Assembly: GCA_965644315.1 (NCBI GenBank)
Contig: CBFFRQ010000053.1
Span: 372,001-436,000, forward strand
DNA from: Caecitellus pseudoparvulus
Taxonomy: Eukaryota > Protista > Bigyra: Bicosoecida
Length of the DNA: 64,000 bases
Direction: 5' to 3'
A program made the translations under genes and the position numbers. Below the pieces are notes generated by a model, which made no database searches, was not told the origin of the DNA, and saw nothing but the letters and a program-made list of their open reading frames with translations. Position 1 is the first letter of the stretch. Each line of letters starts with the position of its first letter. This document shows positions 55,924-64,000 of the stretch, piece by piece.

Positions 55924-58900
55924 ATGGAGGGCGCGGGCAGCGGTGCAGTGACAGGTGAGTTGGCTGGGTTTCCCCGCAAAGTGCTGCACAAGCCGAAGCC
56001 CGATGGAGGTCACGCTTGAACCTTGCGCTTAACTCCACAGTAGACTACAGTGATGGTTCACCTGCAGTGCGCCTGCAGGCAGATGGAGGTGGCGTGTTGT
56101 AGTGAGTGGGGGCGAGTTTGCTTGCGGAATTCGGTTGCAGTCATACCTGACATCGTCCCTTGCAGCTACCCGGCAGAGGCCGAGGGCGGGCCTCCCGTCA
56201 TCGCCGTGACCATCGTTGCAGTGAACAAGTATCAGACGCAAGTGTACATTTATGAACACCCCCGGGACGGCCGACCAGGGGCAGGCTCAGCGCTGAAATC
56301 GAGCGGCAGGCGAGCGCGCAGGGCTGTGGTGCGCAAGGGCCAGCCCACGGGCCAGTTGATGCTGGGCAGCATGAATGAGCACGGCGTGGGGTTTCTCCAA
56401 GAGCATGTCCTGGGCAGTCCTGGCGGCAGCTCCAGCCCCAGCAGCCCCACGGGGGGGCGCCTGCTGGCTGCCGTGCGGGGCGTGGAGGACGCGGCGGCCC
56501 TGGTGTCCACGCGGTCCCCCCCCGCATCCCCAGGCTCCTCACGCTCCAGCAGCAGGCAGCGCTCGGCACAGCCGCGTCACTCTCCGTCAAGTGCGACCCA
56601 GGCAGTTGGCAAGAGTTTGAGCCTGACTGAGAAGGGTGGGCAGGTGTGCGAGGAGGGCAGGGTGGTGGCTGTGTGGCGGTGGGATGGGAGGGGCGACGCC
56701 CCCCCTCCGCTGGTCACGCTGCAGCTGAACAGCAGCATGCGTGCCGAGTGGCGATCGCGCACGGACGCCACCCTCTTCTTCTCCGCGGGGGGCGTGCAGT
56801 ACGAGGTGCCGCTGGGCCAGCAACTGCGGCGCACCAGCACATACCTCGCGAACTCCTCTCCGACCCTGGGGGAGGCGACGGGTATGTCCCCTAGCGGTGG
56901 GGGGACAGGCAGGCAGGTGGTGTCTGGGGGCCGCCTCATGCACGTGACCAGCCCGTCGCTGGCCTCGCGCACAGCAGAGATCGGGGCTGAAGCAAGTGCC
57001 AAGCGAATGCTCCTGCACCCCGCCTCGAGCGCCGTTAAGCATGCCGGCCTGGCGGCTGTCATGGCGGGGCTGGAGGATGCCTTCACGCCGTGGAAAGCCC
57101 GCGCCGCCTCGCACAGCCGCGCTTCCCGGGAGGTGGGGCGGCGGGGGGGGCGGCGTGGCGCCACGGCTCCGCCTGGGGACAGCGGGTCTGCCACGGCGCC
57201 GCGCCTGGCCAGCACTGCTCCACGCACGTCCACGGCGTCGGCGCGCGTGCTGTCCTCCACGGCAGCCGACCTCCGGATGGCGGCGCGGGAGCAGACGATG
57301 ATGGAGGCACCTCGCTGGCTGACACAGCCGACTGGTGCGGGCCGTTCCACGGATGGCGCGACGCCCAAGGCGACAGGGGACGCTGCGGGGCTAGTGGCGC
57401 CCAGCGAGGCAGGCGTGGCCGACCCTGGCGCCTCCATGCAGGCTGCCCTGCGCAGTTCGGGGGATGGCTACGGCGGCGTGGGCGGTGCCTCGTGGCACGG
57501 CGGCCGATGGCTCAGCGCGCCGGCCACACGCAGCAAGCTGGCCCAGCACCACAAGCCACTGCCCAGGTCCCAGGCCCTCACGCGGAACAGTGGCAGGTAT
57601 GACGCGGCTGCAGCCGGCACGGTGCCTTCTCGGGGCCCGTCAGGTGCCACTGTCCGCGAACGACTCCAGGTCGTGCCTTGCCAGCAGCTGGACACCTGGC
57701 TGGCGGGCCAGGAGGCAGTGGGCGGCGCGGGCGCGCTGCACCCTGACGCCTTGGCCCTGGTGGCGGTGTTGCGGGAGGACGACAGTGCCTGCCGCAAGGC
57801 GGCGCGGCTGGTGGAGGGCGTGAACGGCACGCTGGCTGCTCTGTACCCCCTCTCCCCCGAGTTCGCAGGGGAGAGGGGGTGGGAAGAGGACGAGCGCGCA
57901 CTGGCCCTGGCGGCAGCGAAAGTGGCAGGGGGGGGCACGCACGCTCCTGGACTGGGCCCGGACGGCAGCCTTGCGCCGTACCGCATGGTGCGTGTGAACG
58001 CCGCGGAGGACGCCGGGTGGGTGAAGGAGCGAGGCATTCGCACGTTGCCGTACTTCATGGCGTACTTCAAGGGGGCCCTCGTGTACGCCGGCGTGCTGGG
58101 CGGCACCGGGAAAGTGAAGGTGAAGCCCGTCGGCGTGGCGCCCAATGCGCTCCTTGCCCTGCGCGACCCGGCCTCCCAGCTCGCCTGCGAGCGCCTGCTC
58201 AAGGCACAGGGCGTGCCCAGCTCCCTGGCACCGCCCTCCCGCTTCGACGTGGCCTCGGGCAGCATGGTGGGCGTGGCGGACGCTGCGGCAGCCCGTGTGG
58301 AGGAGCTGCGAGCTGCGGCCGCCGCCTCCCAGGCTCGGCTTGCCTCTGCTCAGGCGGCCTCTTCATCCAGGGGTCTGGGCGGCGGGGCGGGGACAGATGC
58401 CACGCTGGCCTCTCGGGCCGCCTTCGCCCTGGCGATCCTGGAGAGTGAGCTGCCAGCTGAGGAAGCGACGGGGGTTCGCAAGGCGCTGGGCGGCGGCAGC
58501 GGGTCCCCTGATGCAGGTGGCGCGCCCGCTGCCCCCGTCAGCAACGTGCGGCGTGACCATTTGGCGGGAGGTGAGACGCTGGTGGTGTCCCTGCTGCCGA
58601 GGGGCAGCGTGCCCCCTGGCAGCGTCAAGTGGCCCACAGACCCTGGTTTGGGGGGCGGACCCGCTGGAGCCTTCCTTGGCGCTGGGAAGGACTCGGGGGC
58701 TGCCAAGACCCGGCGGGCGGGTGGGTTGGCGGCGGCGCAGTTTCACCGGCGCCGTGGACGCCGGGAGCGCCTCCTCGCCCGCTCAGCCTCCCTGGCCATG
58801 TCAGGGCCCGCGAGTGACTCGCAGGCGGTTAGCTCGCCGGTGCTGGATGGGCCGGCACCGCCACAGGGCCAGCCTTGGGCGTGCCCCCACACCGGCATCG

Positions 58901-59250
58901 TGCAGGGTGCCACCCAGACGCACCTGCTGCACGGCGTGGCAAGCATCGCTGTCGTCAGCCCCATGAAACCGGCCACGCTGGCAGCCCTCCTGCGCGTGTA
59001 CCACTCAGCGTGGGGGCACGGCGGTGGCAGCGCGGGCTTGCTGCCTGGACAAGATGCCGGTGAAGCCGGAACCGGGGATGCGCCTCACCTGGGCCTGACG
59101 CACAATGACTTGCTCAGCCGCCTCGCAGCGCTGAAGGAGGCGGGGGAGGCGGGTTCAAGTCTGCCAGGCGATTTCTTGGTCAGCGGCGGCGGCATCGCGC
59201 TGAGCAGCAGCGAGACAGTCGTGCGCGGAGTGCCCCTCGTCAAGAGCTAG
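55924..59250 (+). CDS. FAM194-domain protein (C3orf20/ERICH6-like) with a C-terminal thioredoxin-like fold lacking CxxC
   Basis: GSMNEHGVGF, LTEKGGQVCEEGRVVAVWRW, LQLNSSM...ATLFF resemble FAM194; YRMVRVNA...GIRTLPYFMAYFKGALVYAG resembles the C-terminal half of a thioredoxin fold. The 5' exon structure is approximate. Confidence 0.6.
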
Positions 59251-59421
59251 CTCAGCCAGCCCAGCGCCCACAATCGTAAATGCACTTCAATCTTCCACGC
59301 ATGCGATCTGATGAGCCTGGAGGCTGCCATGCTTGGTGTGGACGGCTCAGCGGATGGGTGCTTGCCTGCGGAAATCGAAGCCTAGTGACTCTGCGGAACT
59401 TGCCGCTGCCGTTGGTGCACC

Positions 59422-60501
59422 ATGGAGTTTGCGGCCGAGGAGCGGGAGCGCATGTTTGCTGTGATTGAGGAGGCAGCTAGGCGATTGGACTCCCTGGCTT
59501 GCGTTCCGTTGAGCTCCGACATGCGCAAGCTGCGGGCTCTGCGCCGCCACCCAGACTTGCTGGGAGCGCTCCGGGACGAGTGGAGCGCTCAGACTCCAGA
59601 CAAGGCCCGTCACCAGCCATCCACGAAGACTCTTGCATTGTGCAGGTACCTGGATAGACATCCTAGTAGCCAAGGCATCCTCGAGCGCTTGGTGCGGCCG
59701 GGGGAGTCGGCATCCACCGCTGGCGCAGCGATGCTGCGGGGCAGCCTTCGGGAGCTCATGGACGTCACTCGCACACGGCTGGGCCGCAGCCGCCACGAAG
59801 AGGAGCAGACTGAGAGCACCATCTCACGGAAGTCTCTCTTCATCGAGCAGACGGCGCTGCAACTGCAGCTGGCGGAGCAGGAGCTTGCCAGGCAGCAGGG
59901 CCTGCGAGAGGTGGAGCTGAGCCGATCTGACATGTACAAGAAGAAGTACTCAGCTGACGTGGAGGTGTGCAAAAGTGGGCACCAAGAGCACATGGAGGCA
60001 CTCCTGGCTCACAAGCGTGCCGCAGCGGTGCAGGAGCAAGCGCGGCACGACACGACTGTGGCTGGCGCCACTGCAGACCTGGCGAAGCTGCACGCAGAGC
60101 TTGCCGAAGCACAGGCCAGGGGGCAAGGGGAGGAGGCAGCGCTTAGACGCAAGCTTGCACGCCACGAGCTGGAGCTGCGAACTGCCATTTCCGCGTATGA
60201 TTCCCAAGTGCAAGTTGTGGATGCCCAGCTGGCCAAAGTGCGGGAGCTCCGCGCAGACGTGAAGGCACGCATCGCCGCTCTCAAGGCTCACCAGGCGCTG
60301 CAACAAGCCTGCCGGGAAGAAGCAGAAGCCGAGGCAGCCGAACAAGCTGTCATTGAACAAGGGCGGCGCCACATTCGCCATGTGCGCAGCATGTGGGCGG
60401 CCCATCGCCTGGCCACAGTGTACCGCGCCAAGGTACTGGGCCCGCGAGCTGCTGCCGCACAGGTCGCGAAGCTGAAGGAGAAGGCCAAGAGGAAGAAGTA
60501 G
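59422..60501 (+). CDS. IQCD: Dynein regulatory complex subunit 10 (IQCD-like) coiled-coil protein
   Basis: N-terminal EERERMFAVIEEAARRL, long coiled coil with ELRTAISAYD, degenerate IQ-like AAHRLATVYRA and a basic KEKAKRKK end; same layout as DRC10. Confidence 0.65.
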   Translation: MEFAAEERERMFAVIEEAARRLDSLACVPLSSDMRKLRALRRHPDLLGALRDEWSAQTPDKARHQPSTKTLALCRYLDRHPSSQGILERLVRPGESASTAGAAMLRGSLRELMDVTRTRLGRSRHEEEQTESTISRKSLFIEQTALQLQLAEQELARQQGLREVELSRSDMYKKKYSADVEVCKSGHQEHMEALLAHKRAAAVQEQARHDTTVAGATADLAKLHAELAEAQARGQGEEAALRRKLARHELELRTAISAYDSQVQVVDAQLAKVRELRADVKARIAALKAHQALQQACREEAEAEAAEQAVIEQGRRHIRHVRSMWAAHRLATVYRAKVLGPRAAAAQVAKLKEKAKRKK

Positions 60502-60523
60502 CACTGCACCACGCTTGCATTGC

Positions 60524-63500
60524 TCAGCAGTGGGTGCTTTCGAAGGCTGCCGCTCTCGCCAGGGCGGCGTTCAAGGACGCCCGTGGCGGCAGCGCCCGGA
60601 ACTCGGCGAGCAGGCCCGTGTGAACGTGCTCATCCTCAAGCCAATGCATGCTGGGAACATCCAGCTTGAACTGCCACTTGCCAGCTGCGTCAGAGCGAGC
60701 AGCTTTTCCTCTCCCGCGGGCCACGCCGTCTCCAGACCGAGGCCGCTTGGCGCTCTTGCGGGAGCCGGACGGGTGCGCGACACCTGACAGTTGCTCGCGG
60801 TGTGGGAAACGGTGCAGCGAGAAGTCGTGGTGGCGCAGGAGGGCTGGCCAGAACTCGCTGCGTTGCTTGCGCGTGTGGAAGTAGAAGGGCAGCTCGGTGC
60901 GGTTGATGATGGTCCACGAGTTCCGGGGGTCGAAGAGAGTGGCAGCTGAAGGGTCGGAGCTGAACACATCGGGGCCGGGCATCTGCTCGACGTACTTCAG
61001 CCCGCCCGCGATGGAAGCGTTGGGTCTGCCGTCATCCATGAAGTTCAGCAGGTCGGGCGGCGTCGGCACTCCGGCAGCAGCGTGTGCAGCTCGGGTGCAC
61101 ACGTCAGCGTGGTGTGCCGCCTCCACCTCATCGTCAAAGCAGCCCTCGTATGCTGCCTTGTTCCCCAGCATGGCCCGCAGGCGCACCTCCCACTTGACTG
61201 CATGCTTGGTCAGCCTGCCCATGACGTGCAGGAAGAGGGACCGCACGTGCATGGGCTTGGGGACCTGCCCCACCTTGTGCAGCAGGGCCGCTTGCCAGTC
61301 TTCCAACTCCTCATACTGCGCTCCCTGCCCTTCGCCACCAATGGGTGTGGCGGGTGATCCCAAGGGTGCAGCTGCAGCGCCCACCCTGCGCCGGTGGCGG
61401 CGGCCCGTCCCTTCCTCGCCAGAGCTGTCCGCAGCCAAGTACGCATCCAGCTCGTCTTCTGCAATGCCTGTGGAGGCGCGGGAGGGGCGGCGCCTCGCGG
61501 AGCGCCGCCGGGACCCCGTCTCCTCCTCCTCCATGCTGTACGAGCTGGCATCGTTGTGGAAGGCCCCTCTCTTTGCAAGCAGGGCCCGTGTGGGGAAGTC
61601 CACCGGGTTGCAGTGCGCGAACCCTGCGGCAGTGATGAGATCCAGGGGTGGTGGGCGGCCCAGCACCGCCGCCACCCGCCGAGGCACCTCGTTGTTGATG
61701 CCAGTGTGCATGGTGAGCATGTGCAGGGCCCGGTGCACCTCTGCTTCAACGTCCACCGGGGCACTGCTCGTCTCTAGCACGGCGCGGACTGCCCGGCCAC
61801 GTGCAACGGAGGCGGCCACCTCCCGAGCTCGGCAAGCAAGGGCCATGCGGCTGTGCAGCGGGACGAGGGTGGTCCAGACACCTTGGTCCCACACAAGGGT
61901 CAAGAGGGAGGTGGTGCAGTCCTGCCCGATGCGGGGGCGGTCTGCACACAGCCCACGGCGCAGGGGGTTGCCTGCTGCCCAAGTGACGCGCACCTCCGAG
62001 GCGACCAGCGCCCGCAGATGCGAGTCGCGGCTCATTTGCCGCAGGGGCAAGGCGGCCAAGGAAGCCGACAGCGGCGTCGCGGACTCCATCGCAGCCGGCT
62101 CGGCGAGCAGGTGCAGCTCTGGCTGGCTGGTCAGCGGCGGTGTCTGGCACAGGCACGACAGCGTGCTGTTCCGCGCGACGAGCTGCACCGAGCACCGCTG
62201 CAAGGTGCAGAACGTGTGCAGCTGCACCAAGAAGTGTGCTGCTTCCTCCTGGGATGCGGGGGGGAAGCCACTGGCCACGACCTGCTCGACAAGGCGTGTC
62301 ATGTCTTGCTCCGCCAGCCCGCAGCCGATGTCTGGCGCCTGCACTCTGGCATGCGCCTCCCAAGCCGTGGCTGGGTCGGGATACACGCGGTCAGGCGCTC
62401 GGAGGCCTTGGCCCAGCCACCGGTAGAGGGCGTGACCCAGCGCATCCTGCAGGGTGGGGCCTGCTGGCACAGGCGTGACTGTGGCAGAGCCCACCTTCCG
62501 CAGGGCAGCCGCCACAAGGGCAGAGCCGGGCCGGTGCCGCTTGGCATGTGCCTCTGCGATGGGCGGGGGCAGCGCAGGGAGGGGGCCGCTCCACTCTGGC
62601 AGGAACCGCACATTGCGCGGCAGGTCTCGGATGGGAGCTGCCAGCGTGCCGGGCGCCAGGCACACAGTGGACAGGGCCTGTGGAATGCTCGAGTCATCGA
62701 CCGGGGCAGCAGGCTCTGGCGCGCCCATCGCCTCTCGTGCAGCAGCCCGCACTTCAGCCCGGGCGATGATGTGCTCTGGCCAGTTCTGCCGCGCGTTCAG
62801 GTGGGTCGTGAGACCGCGCCACAGCAAGCACGTGGCCAAGTCTGTGGCCTCCGCTGAAGCCCCCTCCCGGACAGGGCGCGCCTGAAAGCCATGGTACTGC
62901 AGGGCGCCCTCGCCACTCTGCGGCGCGCCGGCATGGCAGGCAAGCGTATGGTGCAACGCTCGCAGCGCGAACCGGCGCTCCGTGTCCAGCGCACGTTTCA
63001 CAGACACCCACTTGGGCGCCTTGCCAAGGTACCGCTGGCCGCCGTTGCCGCCTGCGGTGGAGCAGTCCTCGTCGCCCTCTTCGTCGTCTTGGCTGTCCTG
63101 CTCTGTGTCGTCATCCGACTGCCGGCTGACAGGCGTTTCCAAGGGGGCACTGGCTGCGTCTCCAGCGCTGCCACTGTCTGCAGTGTCCCCATCGGCACCC
63201 TTGCCCTCGGGCGGCGGGGAGGCAGGCCCTGCCTGCACGAGAAACGGGGACGTCGCTGTCTGGTGGCCGAGGTGTCTTTCAGCGTACTCGTGCCTGCCGA
63301 CGCTCAGGTCAAAGCCAGAGGCCAGAAAGCGCGCGTCAGCTGACAGGGTGGACAGGGCGCCCACCGCTGAGAGCAAGGCCTGGGAGGCGGACTGTGGCGT
63401 GCTCAAGTCCACAGCCACGGGGTGGGCCGGGACTTCGAAGTGATGGCGGCCCTTGGCAGCCCTGGCAGCTTGGGCTGCCACCACTGCCGTGTCCTCGGGC

Positions 63501-63865
63501 TGCGGCGCAAGCCCCTCCACGACAGGCGCATCCTCGGCATCACGCAGCGCCCACGTGCCGTCTTCGTCCGAGTGCAGGGAGGCAAGTGAGGACGCGTCGT
63601 CGGCGTCATCGACGTCAGTCAGAGTCGCGACAGCCTGCCCATCGCCCGCTTCTGCTCCGTCAGCAGGCACCTTCCAATACGCGGGGCCTGCGTGTGTGGC
63701 TAATGTGGGTGGTGGGAGAGACGGCGCCACCGGGCAGGTAGGCGGCGGGAACAAAGACGGCATGAGGCCCGTCACGTGGCGTGGGATGAGGGACGTCAGC
63801 GGGCCGCTGGTGTCCATGCTCGGCACGGGGCTGCTGGGTTCCGGCGGCGCCAGCCCGCCCCGCAC
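60524..63865 (-). CDS. Large protein with a C-terminal AP2/ERF-like DNA-binding domain (probably 5'-partial)
   Basis: KWEVRLRAMLGNKAAYEGCFDDEVEAAHHADVCTR...LLNF matches the AP2 pattern W.a.i...ylG.Fd.eeeAA.aYD...lNF; basic NLS-like stretches. Confidence 0.65.
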   Translation of the reverse strand: MRGGLAPPEPSSPVPSMDTSGPLTSLIPRHVTGLMPSLFPPPTCPVAPSLPPPTLATHAGPAYWKVPADGAEAGDGQAVATLTDVDDADDASSLASLHSDEDGTWALRDAEDAPVVEGLAPQPEDTAVVAAQAARAAKGRHHFEVPAHPVAVDLSTPQSASQALLSAVGALSTLSADARFLASGFDLSVGRHEYAERHLGHQTATSPFLVQAGPASPPPEGKGADGDTADSGSAGDAASAPLETPVSRQSDDDTEQDSQDDEEGDEDCSTAGGNGGQRYLGKAPKWVSVKRALDTERRFALRALHHTLACHAGAPQSGEGALQYHGFQARPVREGASAEATDLATCLLWRGLTTHLNARQNWPEHIIARAEVRAAAREAMGAPEPAAPVDDSSIPQALSTVCLAPGTLAAPIRDLPRNVRFLPEWSGPLPALPPPIAEAHAKRHRPGSALVAAALRKVGSATVTPVPAGPTLQDALGHALYRWLGQGLRAPDRVYPDPATAWEAHARVQAPDIGCGLAEQDMTRLVEQVVASGFPPASQEEAAHFLVQLHTFCTLQRCSVQLVARNSTLSCLCQTPPLTSQPELHLLAEPAAMESATPLSASLAALPLRQMSRDSHLRALVASEVRVTWAAGNPLRRGLCADRPRIGQDCTTSLLTLVWDQGVWTTLVPLHSRMALACRAREVAASVARGRAVRAVLETSSAPVDVEAEVHRALHMLTMHTGINNEVPRRVAAVLGRPPPLDLITAAGFAHCNPVDFPTRALLAKRGAFHNDASSYSMEEEETGSRRRSARRRPSRASTGIAEDELDAYLAADSSGEEGTGRRHRRRVGAAAAPLGSPATPIGGEGQGAQYEELEDWQAALLHKVGQVPKPMHVRSLFLHVMGRLTKHAVKWEVRLRAMLGNKAAYEGCFDDEVEAAHHADVCTRAAHAAAGVPTPPDLLNFMDDGRPNASIAGGLKYVEQMPGPDVFSSDPSAATLFDPRNSWTIINRTELPFYFHTRKQRSEFWPALLRHHDFSLHRFPHREQLSGVAHPSGSRKSAKRPRSGDGVARGRGKAARSDAAGKWQFKLDVPSMHWLEDEHVHTGLLAEFRALPPRASLNAALARAAAFESTHC

Positions 63866-64000
63866 GACGTGGTGACTATCGTGCGTGTTTTGAGCTGGGG
63901 AAGGTGACCGGCGGCCAGGGGGTCTGCCCCCACGCCCACGACCGCGGCCACGCCCCTTGCCCCGTCCTCGCCCCCGCCCTCGGCCCCGCCCGCGCCCCTT

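Noticed and set aside
1-64000. Alternative genetic code or non-canonical introns
   Set aside because: The conserved genes I reconstructed (DMC1, APC11, TilS, MMTAG2, kinesin) work with the standard code and GT-AG introns; TAA, TAG and TGA all serve as stops.

Overview
GC-rich, very gene-dense eukaryotic nuclear DNA with short (about 40-110 nt) GT-AG introns. Gene content points to a flagellated protist (DLEC1/FAP81, DRC10/IQCD, kinesin-9, FAM194/C3orf20-like); a heterotrophic stramenopile is my guess, not something the sequence proves. About 20 protein-coding genes can be supported, and all family calls come from motif recognition rather than database searches. Highlights: (1) a giant (>4,900 aa, 5'-truncated, apparently intron-free) membrane protein. 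It has about 11 tandem two-domain Ig-like modules resembling bacterial DUF11/isopeptide-pilin repeats, then EGF-like and TSP1 domains, about 9 TM helices and an acidic tail. It also carries an exact 1.08-kb internal duplication and a 34-bp frameshifting micro-duplication. (2) Meiotic recombinase DMC1 lies head-to-head with a Pol beta-like family-X gene that keeps the lyase/HhH domain but has lost the catalytic aspartates. (3) A candidate nucleus-encoded mitochondrial TatB-like gene and a mitochondrial TilS. (4) An MMTAG2 homologue ending in a 17 x 36-bp coding minisatellite. (5) Convergent gene pairs separated by only 5-30 nt. I found no rRNA, tRNA, CRISPR array or transposase.
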